Below are positions 51,803 to 64,000 of a DNA stretch of 64,000 nt, one piece after another. Below the pieces are notes generated by a model, which worked only from the letters and a program-made list of their open reading frames with translations, was not told where the DNA came from and searched no databases. Every line of letters begins with the position of its first letter. Position 1 is the first letter of the stretch. The DNA is taken from positions 310,001-374,000 of the forward strand of contig CAXHJY010001609.1 of the NCBI GenBank assembly GCA_964016885.1. Direction: 5' to 3'. Source of the DNA: Eledone cirrhosa. Taxonomy: Eukaryota. The translations under genes were made by a program, and so were the position numbers.

Positions 51803-51811
51803 CTATATATA

Positions 51812-51854
<43 letters not shown>

Positions 51855-52391
51855 ATATATCTATATATATATATATATATCTATATATATATATATATAT
51901 ATATATCTATATATCTATATATCTATATATATCTATATATCTATATATATCTATATATCTATATATATATATATATCTATATATATATATATATCTATAT
52001 ATATATATATCTATATCTATATATATATATATATATATCTATATCTATATATATATATCTATATCTATCTATATATATATATATATCTATATCTATATAT
52101 ATATATCTATATATCTATATCTATATATATATATATCTATATCTATATATATATATCTATATATCTATATCTATATATATATATATATCTATATCTATAT
52201 ATATACATCTATATATCTATATCTATATATATATATATATATATCTATATATATATCTATATATCTATATCTATATATATATATCTATATCTATATATAT
52301 ATATCTATATCTATATATATATATATATATATCTATATCTATATATATATATATATATATATCTATATCTATATATATATATATATATATA

Positions 52392-52426
<35 letters not shown>

Positions 52427-52443
52427 ATATATATATATATATC

Positions 52444-55400
52444 TAGAGACAGATTGTGTTTAGACCGGGATTGTCCCTTTACCCATCTCCCGGGGACCCG
52501 TCGGACAAATGAAAATAAAATTAAAAATAAAAGCAAAAACAAAAACCATAACCTACATAAAAATAACCACTACTACAGTCACCAACAGTCTTCTAAACAG
52601 GAAACTTCTTCCTCTTTTTTAGCCATAATGAATCTGGCAAAAGAACTGGAAAAAAACATTCGAGCTATCACCCAGCACCACCCTCCACTATCACCCCACT
52701 GCACAAACTCCCATTGCTGCCATTAACAAACAAACAAATTAACAACACACCAAAAGAATTAAAACCATCCACTCTCGCCTCTACATTTTTGCTTAACGCC
52801 CAAGGCATCAGCCCTTCCACCAATACTCAAAAATGGAAGATCAAATTCCTGGAGGACTGGATTGATGTCCATCCAAACCACATCCCTTTCTTCGTCCTCA
52901 CTGAAACCCATCTCAGTAACCTCCACTTGGAAGCCGAGGTGAAAGTGAAAAATGTCAAAGCCATCCGTGCTGATCGCGCTGGCAGAAGAAAGGGCGGAAC
53001 TGCCATTTATGTCCATAATTCTTTCTCAACAGAGGCTATGAACATATTCACTAATGGATACTGTGAAGCAGTCACTGTATTCAGTCAAACCAACAACCTA
53101 TTAGTAGTTGGGCTCTATAGGCCACCCCAAACGCCTGTACCATGCTTCAAGGAATGCCTCAACAGCATAAAGTGTTTCATCCAAGAGTGTCACCCTGACA
53201 ACATCTTAATGATGGGGGACTTCAACCTCCCCGGAGTTGACTGGTCCACAAACAGCCTGCCACCAGGTTCTTCTGCCTCAACCTCTGACAGGGAAGCTGT
53301 GGAATCGCTTCTTGACTTCATGGATGATTTCTTCCTATCCCAACTGGTGCTCGAACCAACGAGGTGCCACAAAAACGTCCTAGACTTAATTTTCAGCAAT
53401 CACACTGACAATATCCACAATATTGCAGTGGAGAAAACTCTACTCTCTGATCATGACATGGTTCTCTGTGATCTGAGATTCCACCGTCCAATATACAAAC
53501 CCAATGTCATCTCTCCTGTCCATCCGTTTGACGCTATGGATTTCCACAATGCAAACTGGGAAGCGATCAGTCATGATCTTGCACATGTCGACTGGTCCTT
53601 CACGCACACTCATACACCCACTAACATCAAAAAGTCCTGGCAGACATTTGTGGACACTGTTACAAACATATGTGCTAAACACACCCCATTAAGAACTATA
53701 AACAAATCTAAGAGCAGAATCCCTAGAAATAGAAAAACGCTCATCAGAAAAATTAAGAGAACGAACAAAAAAATCAACAAGCTGAAATACTGTCAGCAAC
53801 AACACATCAACTTGACTGCCATTTCATCACTAGAGATTAAAAAACATAACCTCCAAAACAACATAATGTCCCTCATCAACAATCAGAGAAGAGCTGAAGA
53901 GGCCTGGGCCATTGAGAAGATCAAACTCAATCCCAAAGTGTTCTTTTCATTTGCAAAAAAACACAAAATCACTGGCTCTACTGTTGGCCCTCTAATTGAT
54001 GAAAATGGCACTCTTCAAGACAATGCTAAAACCATGGGTGAGATACTGCAGAAACAATACTGCTCTGTTTTCAGCAATCCTGATATGGCCGATCTGGGCT
54101 GTATCGGCGATGTTACTCCCCATTACACCTTATCGGACATAACGTTTGGCGCCCCTGATGTCTTGGCGGCAATAAAGGAAAGCAAGCATAATTCAGCAGT
54201 AGGTCCCGATAGATTCCCTGCTTGTGTCTTGAAGGCGTGTCAACACCAACTTGCATCTCCTCTTGCCAATCTGTGGCGGAACTCACTGGATGCTGGATAT
54301 GTGCCAGAAAACCTTCTATCCCAGTCTGTTGTCCCAGTTTTCAAAAAGGGAAACAAATCCCTTGCCGTGAATTACCGTCCAATCTCACTCACCTCTCATA
54401 TCATTAAGGTATTTGAGCGAGTGGTGAGATCGCGAATGACCCACTTCCTTGAGAGTAACAATATGCTGAACTCCAACCAGCATGGATTCCGTAATGGAAG
54501 GGATTGCCTGACGCAGCTACTGCATCACTTTGATGACATTTTGAGAGCCTTGGGAGAGGGTTCCAACACTGATGTTATCTACCTTGATTTCAGCAAGGCC
54601 TTTGACAGGGTTGATCATAACATTCTACTGCGAAAGCTGTCCAATATTGGTGTCACTGGAAAGCTGCTGCAGTGGATCAAGAGCTTCCTGTCAAACAGAA
54701 CCCAACATGTTGTAGTTGAGGGAGTCAAATCAAGCCCAGCCAAAGTCAGTAGTGGGGTCCCACAAGGCACTGTGTTGGGCCCACTTCTCTTCATCATCTA
54801 TATTAATGACATCACTGACATCATCAAACACAGCAACATTAAAATTTTCGCTGATGATTCCAAGCTCCAAAAGGTCATCAATGGCGTGGATGACCGGATA
54901 AGCCTTCAGTCAGACCTACTGGCTGTTACCCAATGGGCAGAAAAGAACAACATGTTACTGAACGAAGACAAATTCGAACTGATCCACTTTGGAAAAGAGG
55001 ATGCTCTGAAACTCCCGTACTCCCTTCCCTCCGGGGAAACTCTCGTGGCATCTAACAACATCAGAGACTTGGGAGTAACCGTGGACAGCAACATAAGCTG
55101 GACCACGCATATAAGCAGCAAAGTTGACATGGCCCGCAGAATGTGTTCCTGGATCCTCAGAACCTTCCAGTCGAGAGATTCCCGCACCATTATCCTTCTC
55201 TTCTCTACTTTCGCCCGACCACACCTTGAATACTGTTGTCCACTGTGGTCTCCCCACACGAAACAAAGTATCATGAAACTTGAAGCTCCTCAAAGGGCAA
55301 TCACGAAAAAGATAGATGGCATGTCAGACCTTGACTACTGGGGTCGATTAGAAAACCTGAAACTTTACTCACTCCAACGTCGCCGTGAGCGTTATATTAT

Positions 55401-55820
55401 CTGCATGATGTGGAAAATGTTCCATCATCACTGCCCAAATGATGTTGGCATCGCCTTCAAGATACACCCAAGGCTTGGGCCCCGTGCTATCCGTCCCATT
55501 CAAAAATCTAAATCGCAACTCATAACAACAATACGGCACAGTTATTTCACCTCAATCGGCCCTGCTCTCTTCAACATCACACCAGGACACGTCAAAACAG
55601 AAACTGACCACACAAAATTCAAGAAGTCTTTGGACAAATTCCTCCAAGTAATCCCGGACAAACCACCCACACCCGGATATGTCTCCGCAAGCAGTAATTC
55701 TCTTCTCGAATGGGCCATGGTGCCCAAATCCTGAATTGAAAGACTTCGCCAGGTGGTGCTATTAAGTTAGACATGGCCTGGGCCAATACTGGCCAAAACA
55801 TTTCAAAGTTATTCAAAGTT
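52444..55820 (+). mobile_element. CR1-group LINE, 5'-truncated within ORF1, intact ORF2, short tandem-repeat 3' end
   Basis: ORF1 remnant with C-x4-C-x3-H; ORF2 APE plus RT; terminal (TTCAAAGTTA)x2 followed by TA. Confidence 0.9.
52714..55734 (+). CDS. CR1-type ORF2 (APE endonuclease plus RT), start codon uncertain
   Basis: [78 protein letters not shown]. Confidence 0.92.
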   Translation: MLPLTNKQINNTPKELKPSTLASTFLLNAQGISPSTNTQKWKIKFLEDWIDVHPNHIPFFVLTETHLSNLHLEAEVKVKNVKAIRADRAGRRKGGTAIYVHNSFSTEAMNIFTNGYCEAVTVFSQTNNLLVVGLYRPPQTPVPCFKECLNSIKCFIQECHPDNILMMGDFNLPGVDWSTNSLPPGSSASTSDREAVESLLDFMDDFFLSQLVLEPTRCHKNVLDLIFSNHTDNIHNIAVEKTLLSDHDMVLCDLRFHRPIYKPNVISPVHPFDAMDFHNANWEAISHDLAHVDWSFTHTHTPTNIKKSWQTFVDTVTNICAKHTPLRTINKSKSRIPRNRKTLIRKIKRTNKKINKLKYCQQQHINLTAISSLEIKKHNLQNNIMSLINNQRRAEEAWAIEKIKLNPKVFFSFAKKHKITGSTVGPLIDENGTLQDNAKTMGEILQKQYCSVFSNPDMADLGCIGDVTPHYTLSDITFGAPDVLAAIKESKHNSAVGPDRFPACVLKACQHQLASPLANLWRNSLDAGYVPENLLSQSVVPVFKKGNKSLAVNYRPISLTSHIIKVFERVVRSRMTHFLESNNMLNSNQHGFRNGRDCLTQLLHHFDDILRALGEGSNTDVIYLDFSKAFDRVDHNILLRKLSNIGVTGKLLQWIKSFLSNRTQHVVVEGVKSSPAKVSSGVPQGTVLGPLLFIIYINDITDIIKHSNIKIFADDSKLQKVINGVDDRISLQSDLLAVTQWAEKNNMLLNEDKFELIHFGKEDALKLPYSLPSGETLVASNNIRDLGVTVDSNISWTTHISSKVDMARRMCSWILRTFQSRDSRTIILLFSTFARPHLEYCCPLWSPHTKQSIMKLEAPQRAITKKIDGMSDLDYWGRLENLKLYSLQRRRERYIICMMWKMFHHHCPNDVGIAFKIHPRLGPRAIRPIQKSKSQLITTIRHSYFTSIGPALFNITPGHVKTETDHTKFKKSLDKFLQVIPDKPPTPGYVSASSNSLLEWAMVPKS

Positions 55821-56027
55821 ATATATCTATATATATATATATCTATATATATATATCTCTATATATATATATCTATATATATCTATATCTATCTATATCT
55901 ATCTATATCTATATCTCTATATATCTATATCTCTATATATATATATCTCTATATATATATATCTCTATATATATCTATCTCTATATATATATATCTATCT
56001 CTATATATATATATCTATCTCTATATA

Positions 56028-56092
<65 letters not shown>

Positions 56093-56161
56093 ATATATAT
56101 ATCTATATATATATCTATATATATATATATCTATATATCTATCTATATATATATCTATCTA

Positions 56162-56208
<47 letters not shown>

Positions 56209-56255
56209 ATATATATATATATATATATATCTATATATATATATATATCTATATA

Positions 56256-56306
<51 letters not shown>

Positions 56307-56485
56307 ATATATATATATCTCTCTATATATATATCTCTATATATATATATCTCTATATATATATATATCTCTATATATATATATCTATATATCTATATAT
56401 ATATATATATATCTATATATATATATATCTATATATATCTATATCTATATATCTATATATCTATATCTATATATATATATATATA

Positions 56486-56546
<61 letters not shown>

Positions 56547-57387
56547 ATATATATCTATATCTATATATATCTATATCTATATATATATATATCTATATAT
56601 ATCTATATATATATATCTATATCTATATATATATATCTATATATATATATATATATCTATCTATATATATATATATCTATCTATATATATATCTATATAT
56701 CTATATATATATATATATATCTATATATCTATATATATATATATATATATCTATATATATATCTATATATATATATATCTATATATATCTATATATATAT
56801 CTATATATATCTATATATATATATATCTATATATATCTATATATATATATATCTATATATATCTATATATCTATATATATCTATATATATATATATCTAT
56901 ATATATCTATATATATCTATATCTATATATATCTATATATATATATATCTATATATATCTATATATATCTATATCTATATATATCTATATATATCTATAT
57001 ATATATATATCTATATATATATATATCTCTATATATATATATCTCTATATATATATATCTCTATATATATATATCTCTATATATATATATCTATCTCTAT
57101 ATATATATATCTCTATATATATATATCTATATATATATATATCTATATATATCTATATCTATATATCTATATCTATATATCTATATATCTATATATCTAT
57201 ATATATATCTATATATATCTATATATATATCTATATATATATCTATATATATATATCTATATATATATATCTATATATATATATCTATATATATATCTAT
57301 ATATATATATATATCTATATATATATCTATATATATATCTATAGATATATCTATATATCTATATATATATATATCTATATATCTATA

Positions 57388-57426
<39 letters not shown>

Positions 57427-57735
57427 ATATATATATATATCTATATATATATATCTCTATATATATATCTATATATCTATATATCTATCTATATATATCT
57501 ATCTATATATATCTATCTATATATATCTATCTATATATATCTATCTATATATATCTATCTATATATATATATCTATATCTATATCTATCTATCTATATAT
57601 ATATATATCTTATATATATATATATCTATCTATATCTATCTATATATATCTATCTATATATATCTATCTATATATATCTATCATATATCTATCTATATAT
57701 ATATATCTATATATATCTATCTATATATATCTATC

Positions 57736-57802
<67 letters not shown>

Positions 57803-58205
57803 ATCTATATATCTATATCTATATATCTATATATATATATAGATATATATATCTATATATATATATAGATATATATATAGATATATATATAGATATATAT
57901 AGATATATATATAGATATATATATAGATATATATATAGATATATATATAGATATAGATATAGATATAGATATAGATATATATATAGATATATATATATAT
58001 ATAGATATATATATAGATATATATATAGATATATATATAGATATATATATAGATATATATAGATATATATATAGATATAGATATATAGATATATATATAT
58101 AGATATATATAGATATATATATATATATAGAATATATAGATATATATATATAGATATATATATATAGATATATATATATAGATATATATATATAGATATA
58201 TATAT

Positions 58206-58269
<64 letters not shown>
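55821..58269. repeat. ~2.4-kb (TA)n/(TATC)n microsatellite, switching to (TAGA)-type near 57840
   Basis: Directly visible. Confidence 0.95.
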
Positions 58270-58272
<3 letters not shown>

Positions 58273-58403
58273 AAGGCCTTGCTCTACTATATATATATAT
58301 ATATATATCTCAAGGCCTTGCTCTACTATATATATATATATATATATATATATCTCAAGGCCTTGCTCTACTATATATATATATATATCTCAAGGCCTTG
58401 CTC

Positions 58404-58446
<43 letters not shown>

Positions 58447-58517
58447 AAGGCCTTGCTCTACCATATATATATATATTTCAAGGCCAATGCCACCATATAT
58501 ATATATATATCTCAAGG
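58270..58517. repeat. Compound minisatellite (ctcaaggccttgctctac + variable (TA)n), ~5-7 copies
   Basis: Directly visible. Confidence 0.85.
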
Positions 58518-58611
58518 AAACAAAACCTGAGTACAAAAGAGGATGCAATTTCATGAAGTATTAGTTTCATCAAATGGAATAAGATGTAAATATCAATAAG
58601 TAAACACTGAC

Positions 58612-58723
58612 CTTCGAGATGAATTATCGTTGAGTTTTGTCGCTGCTTTGTGGAGGTTTTTCTGGCCCAAAAGCAGAAATTTCTGGGCTTCTTCAATGGT
58701 GGTGACATTCACTTCTGTCAACC
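58612..58723 (-). CDS. KIF20A: Kinesin-6 motor exon (switch I: GLTEVNVTTIEEAQKFLLLGQKNLHKAATKLNDNSSRS)
   Basis: ttctag| acceptor and |gtcagt donor; 112 nt, phase 1 to 2; NxxSSR motif. Confidence 0.88.
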
Positions 58724-59053
58724 CTAGAACACAAACACACACACAAAGAAATCAAGACAATGGTCAAAAACAATCACCACAACCACCATCAACATTTGTT
58801 TCCCATGCTTAGTATGGATTGGATGACACCAGCACTACAACTTTACAGAGAGTACTGAGTGTATTTTGTGGCACCATCACTATCACTTTACAGAGTGTAC
58901 TGGTGTGTGTTCTTTCGTAGAACTAGCACTATCACTTTACAGAGTGTACTGGGTGTGTTTTTTTTGAAGCACCAGCACTTACTATTTTACAGCATCAGCT
59001 AGGTGCATTTTATCATGGTACCTACACTACGACTTGTCAGAATGTACTGGGTC

Positions 59054-59340
59054 ATCACCATCATCACCACCACCACCACCTCCATCACCATCACCACCAC
59101 CACCAGCACCACCATCACCTCCATCACCACCATCACCTCCACCACCAGCACCACCTCCAGCACCACCACCACCTCCATCACCACCATCACCTCCACCACC
59201 AGCACCACCTCCAGCATCACCAGCACCATCACCACCAGCATCACCACCACCACCACCACCACCACCACCACCATCACCTCCATCACCACCATCACCTCCA
59301 CCATCACCTCCAGCATCACCACCAACACTACCACCACCAT
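59054..59340. repeat. (CAC/CAT/CAG)n trinucleotide tract between ~120-bp direct repeats, within degenerate cactttacagagtgtactgggtg repeats (58830-59670)
   Basis: Directly visible. Confidence 0.85.
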
Positions 59341-59781
59341 TTTATCACTTTACAGAGTGTACTGGGTGTGTTTTTTTGAAGCACCAGCACTTACTATTTT
59401 ACAGCATCAGCTAGGTGCATTTTATCATGGTACCTCCACTACGACTTTTCAGAATGTACTGGCTACATTTCTATGACACCTGCACTACCAAATTACTGTA
59501 CTGGGTGTGTTTTTTCGCAGCACCAGCATTATCACTTTACAGGGTGGGCTGAATAAATTTTATCAAAGCACCAGCTGGGCGCATTTTATCGTAGTACCTC
59601 CACTACCACTTTACAGAGTGGACTGGGTGCATTTTTGAGACACCAATACTACCACTTTACTGTACTAGGTGTGTTCTGTTTTGTATATTTTATGGCAACA
59701 ACCACCCCACCACCATATAAATATTTCCTGCCCACCCCACTATATAAATCTCCATATTAAAAGCAAAGTATTAGTACTCAC

Positions 59782-59985
59782 CTCGAATATAATGGTTACC
59801 ATTCCTGTCCTGGCCCAGCTTCAAGATGTTGCGTCTCTTATGGATCTGAGTGACCAACAGATCAAAAACCTGTTCATTGTAGACCTCGGCAAAACTGATC
59901 CACAACGAGTACTTCAATTGGTTGGAAAACATGGAGTCCTCCAGCTGGGTTGAACGGAGCAAGTCTTCCTCATTGATGTCAGAAT
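59782..59985 (-). CDS. KIF20A: Kinesin-6 motor exon (...YSLWISFAEVYNEQVFDLL...LKLGQDRNGNHYIRG)
   Basis: ctgcag| and |gtgagt; 204 nt, phase 1 to 1; SFxEVYNExxxDLL motif. Confidence 0.9.
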
Positions 59986-60155
59986 CTGCAGAAAATCAAA
60001 CAATTTAAATAAAATGGTTTAGTTGGCCTCCTACATGCTTGCATCTCGGAGGTTTCTTGGAGGCTTTAATGATAGCAGCCCTTAGTCCTCTCACACACAC
60101 ACACAAATATATATATATATACACATATATATCATTTCATTTCATTTATCATTTC

Positions 60156-60480
60156 ATTTTACGTCCGCTTTTTCCCTGCTTGCAAGGGTGGGACAGGAAC
60201 TGATTCTGGCTTGATTTCTACAGCTGGATGCCCTTCCTAACACCAACCTCATTTACAGTGAGTGCTGGGTCCTTTTTTTTGCCGTGGCACCTCCACGACC
60301 ACTTTGCAGTGAAATGATAGGTATCCCAGTCCCTATCATCTCATTTCTACAGCTTAGTAAACTGGAGCATGTGAAATAAAGTGTCTTGCTCAAGGAAACA
60401 ACACATCACCCAGTCTGAGAATTGAACTCACAACCTTTCGATTGCAAGACCAATGCTCTAACCACTAAGCCATGTGCCTC
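60156..60480 (-). mobile_element. tRNA-derived SINE with RTE-like 3' tail
   Basis: Minus-strand A box TGGCTTAGTGG and B box GAGTTCAATTC; tail shares ctacagctggatgcccttcctaacaccaacctcatt with the RTE 3' UTR near 20800. Confidence 0.82.
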
Positions 60481-61410
60481 TATTATATATATATGAATTA
60501 TTGACTTGATTTTCTCATTTTTTCCTCTCTTTACGTTGCCTCACCATTCGTGTTTGTTTACCTGTCTCTCTTTCTCCACCCAACTCTTTTTATCCCAATA
60601 ACTTATTTTAGTTATTGCATCACCCTAGCCTGAGGTATAGGGTCTGTAATGCGAAGAAATACCTATGATGGCTTGTAGACCACTGATGACGGATAGTCCT
60701 GGCTTCTATTTCTAATTCTTCATTTTTATATATATATATACATATAGCACTATGTTTTAAATTGCCTTGTCTGACAAAACGAATGCGGACGTTTCTTGTA
60801 TTCGTCTTATTCGGGAAATCTTTGGTAATGAGGTAATTATATTGTATTGTTTATTATACATTAAATATTTAGCTCTGTAACTTACATAGAGCACTCTTCA
60901 TTCCACTGACTTTTTCAACGAAAACTTCAATACTTTTATATATATATATATATACACATACATACACACATTTACAGGTTTAGCATTTACATTACTCTAT
61001 ATTTACTATTATATTTTCATGGTAAATGTTTTACCTCATATAAAATCGAATCTACGAGATTTTGATATTATTTATTATGAGAATACCATAAAATAAGAGT
61101 GGCTGGTTACAATCAGTTTGAACAGAAAGTGGTCAGAACTGGCCAAATATGGCCAGTTTAAATGTTAAAGGGTTAATGATAGCAGCCCATAGTCCTATCA
61201 CACACACGTACACATTTATAGGTTTATCTGGCCTCCCAAACAGTTGCATCTTGAGTTTTTTTCATGATAACAGCCCTCAGTCCTATCACACACTAACACA
61301 TGTCTGTCCTAAAGTCTGTCCTGAGAGGTTTGTAGCCTATACGAGGTTTCAGGAGTTTTTTAATGATAGGACCCCCCCCCCCCCCCCAATTCTATCATCA
61401 AAGTAATATA

Positions 61411-61510
61411 AAAAGAAATGTCTTGCTCAAAAAACAACAAAGCCACCTAGTCCAGGAATTGAACCCATGACTTTATGGTCATTAGTCCAACACCCTAACC
61501 ACTAGGTCAC
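61411..61510 (-). mobile_element. Degenerate SINE head fragment
   Basis: tgtcttgctcaa...gaattgaac...ctaaccacta resembles the 60380-60470 SINE head. Confidence 0.55.
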
Positions 61511-61520
61511 CATTCCTCAC

Positions 61521-61596
61521 CTTGGCCAGTTTCATGTGCATCCAAAGTGCATGACTCACAGCCACTGTCTGCAGAAGTGCTCTGGTTATCAAATTC
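61521..61596 (-). CDS. KIF20A: Probable kinesin-6 loop-6 insert exon (EFDNQSTSADSGCESCTLDAHETGQ)
   Basis: ttgcag| and |gtgagg; 76 nt, phase 0 to 1, which exactly bridges the flanking exons. Confidence 0.7.
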
Positions 61597-62045
61597 CTGC
61601 AATATATAGACATACACAGATATATATATATAGACATGCACAAATATATATATATAGACACACATGCACAGATATATATATAAACATGCACAGATATATA
61701 TATACAGACATGCACAAATATATATATATAGACACACACATCTATATATAGAGAGGGGAGAGGGCCAAGAGATATACATAGATGGAGAGAGTGAGAATGT
61801 TTGTGTGTGAGTGGCACTCAAATGTAAGTCGTGCTTGGATTTTGTTGAGGGCCACGGTTGATGGAATTCCACTGAAAAAAAAAAAGACAGTAACATTATT
61901 TCTACACAGTATTCGCTCTAATTACTGGAATTACTAAAGGCCATCTGGTTGGCCATCTTACTAAATGTTGTAGAATAGACAGAAAGAGGAAGATGCTGTC
62001 GCCTTCATCTAGTAATAAATAATTATAATTCAGAAAAGAACTGAC

Positions 62046-62233
62046 CTCAAAGGAAGCTAGTCGTAGTAGTTCCTCTTTCTTCTGTTTCTCTTCAGATTCA
62101 ATCTTCGGAGATAATTTTATCGCATCGAGGTACATCTTGGGTTTAAGGTCGAGCCCGTGCCATAATCTGCCTGAGACATGATTGAAGATGGTCTCCAGGG
62201 TACGGGGTAATATACCTGGTTCCTTCGGAGTTC
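62046..62233 (-). CDS. KIF20A: Kinesin-6 motor exon (GTPKEPGILPRTLETIF...ELLRLASFE)
   Basis: ttgtag| and |gtcagt; 188 nt, phase 1 to 0; GILPR motif. Confidence 0.9.
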
Positions 62234-62338
62234 CTACAATAATAATAACACAATGGCAGTAGTTTTCAAAACAATGAATTATAGAAACTTTGGCATTTAG
62301 TCAGACATTTAATTATCATTACACAAACACACATCATT

Positions 62339-62676
62339 ATCATCATCATCATTTTACGTCCGCTTTTCCCTGCTTGCAAGGGTGGGATGGGAACTGATTC
62401 TGGCTTGATTTCTACAGCTGGATGCCCTTCCTAACACCAACCTCATTCACAATGAGTGCTGGGTGCTTTTTTTGCCGTGGCACCTCCACGACCACTTTGC
62501 AGTGGAATGATAGGGACCCCAGTCCCTATCATCTCATTTCTACAGCTGAGTAAACTGGAGCAATGTGAAATAAAGTGTCTTGCTCAAGGAAACAACGCAT
62601 CACCCGGTCTGAGAATTGAACTCACAACCTTTCGATTGCAAGGCCAATGCTCTAACCACTAAGCCATGTGCCTCCA
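62339..62676 (-). mobile_element. tRNA-derived SINE with RTE-like tail and (ATG)n end, same family as 60156-60480
   Basis: High similarity to 60156-60480; A and B boxes. Confidence 0.85.
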
Positions 62677-62932
62677 CAAACACACACACAAATACACCAA
62701 CACTCATACAATAAAATTCTATTATATCAAAATTTACGGGGTATAAAATAAAATTTATTGTAATGAAAAATTCTTTACAACGAGATCAACCAAAAGAAAT
62801 CGAGCGATTGTTTGTTTATTACCTCAGGAATTGAAAAAAAAATTTTGTTATACTGAAAAATTCTTTATAACGGAATTTTACCTGTATATATATAACCCAA
62901 TATACACCCCACACCCCTACTCCATCCTCTAA

Positions 62933-63124
62933 CTGTAAAGTGGTTGTGTAGGAGATGCGGTAAAAAGGCACTGTAAATGTGGTTAAGAAGGGCATCCAGC
63001 CGTAAAAAAATCCGCCAGAACGAGCGAGACATGGTCACCCGACCACTCTTTTCTCAAGTGCGTCAAAGCCGTCCAACCCATGCTAGCATGGAAGATGGAC
63101 GTTAAATGATGATGATGATGATGA
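62933..63124 (+). mobile_element. RTE/SINE 3'-tail fragment with (ATG)n
   Basis: gaagggcatccagc...ccgtccaacccatgctagcatggaa...ggacgttaaatgatgatg matches the RTE 3' end. Confidence 0.7.
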
Positions 63125-63154
63125 TATATAATAATATAGAAAAAGAATGTATAC

Positions 63155-63410
63155 CTTGTACTGTATAAGTCTTGCCAGAGTTGGTTACTCCGTAGGCAAA
63201 TACGAGGCAGTTCTGTCCGCCGAGGAAGTTTTTCACAAGGCCCTCACATGTTTCACTGTAAAATTCACTCTGTTGGGTCTGCTCCTCAAATATCCTGGAG
63301 AACTTGAACGACTGGATGTTCTTGTTGGCTGTGTAGGTGCTGCTTTTAAAGGTGTTGGAGTCTTTCGGGGCATACGCAGTGATCAGTTGGCCGTCAATTA
63401 ACAAACAGCT
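63155..63410 (-). CDS. KIF20A: Kinesin-6 motor exon with P-loop (FKFSRIF...GQNCLVFAYGVTNSGKTYTVQG)
   Basis: caccag| and |gtatac; 256 nt, phase 0 to 1. YGVTNSGKT is the KIF20-type P-loop. Confidence 0.92.
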
Positions 63411-63910
63411 CTGGTGGATAGACACAAGAGAAGGTCAGTTAGGGGAGGGGTGTATGGAGTGACCAGCAATTAAACAGCTATGTTGGACAGACAAAAAATA
63501 TAAGGTGGAGGACCAATTAATAAACAGCTCTGGTGGAGAGACACAAGAGAAGGTCAGTTAGGGGAGGGGGTGTATGGAGTGACCAGCAATTAAACAGCTA
63601 TGTTGGACAGACAAAAAATATAAAGTGGAGGACCAATTAATAAACAGCTCTGGTGGAGAGACACAAGAGAAGGTCAGTTAGGGGAGGGGGTGTATGGAGT
63701 GACCAGCAATTAAACAGCTATGTTGGACAGACAAAAAATATAAAGTGGAGGACCAATTAATAAACAGCTCTGGTGGAGAGACACAAGAGAAGGTCAGTTA
63801 GGGGAGGGGGTGTATGGAGTGACCAGCAATTAAACAGCTATGTTGGACAGACAAAAAATATAAGGTGGAGGACCAATTAATAAACAGCTCTGGTGGATAG
63901 ACAAGAGAAG
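63403..63910. repeat. ~120-bp minisatellite, ~4.2 copies, overlapping the exon's splice acceptor
   Basis: aaacagctctggtgga at 63403, 63522, 63642, 63762 and 63882. Confidence 0.9.
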
Positions 63911-64000
63911 ATAAAAGGACAGATGACAGTGGACACTAGAAAATATAAGGGTGTATGCACTGATCATTTGGTCATCAACTAACCCTTTAGCATTTAAACC

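Noticed and set aside
58270-58517. Repeat-spacer pattern resembling a CRISPR array
   Set aside because: The spacers are just (TA)n, the context is eukaryotic and there are no cas genes.
59003-59476. Pro-rich, Thr-rich and Val-rich ORFs (extensin or mucin-like)
   Set aside because: They arise from a (CAC)n-type trinucleotide tract in a kinesin intron.
61818-61871. Possible extra kinesin exon after a strong minus-strand acceptor (tttttcag)
   Set aside because: The phase-0 reading hits TGA, there is no good donor, and the flanking exons already join in frame.

Overview
Eukaryotic DNA, probably from a coleoid cephalopod such as an octopus (inferred from repeat content). The right end (58.6-63.4 kb) holds five minus-strand exons of a kinesin-6 (KIF20A-like) motor domain. 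No further exon was seen to the left, so the remaining ~58 kb appears to be one very large intron. It consists of (TA)n/(TATC)n tracts carrying a Tx1/L1-clade LINE, two RTE copies, two CR1-group copies, two Penelope-like elements (PLEs) and several 'satellite' arrays. Main result: every satellite unit (families A ~490 bp, A' 466-468 bp, B 466 bp, C 630 bp) carries a type I hammerhead ribozyme (HHR) motif. A and B are diverged homologues with compensatory base-pair changes in the HHR stems and a shared octamer motif. Both PLEs also carry HHRs, and an orphan ~410-bp insert has a candidate variant-core HHR. The locus looks like a (TA)n-associated cluster of non-LTR retrozyme arrays beside an intact HHR-bearing PLE that could be their helper. 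All structures were read by eye; no folding, alignment or database search was run.
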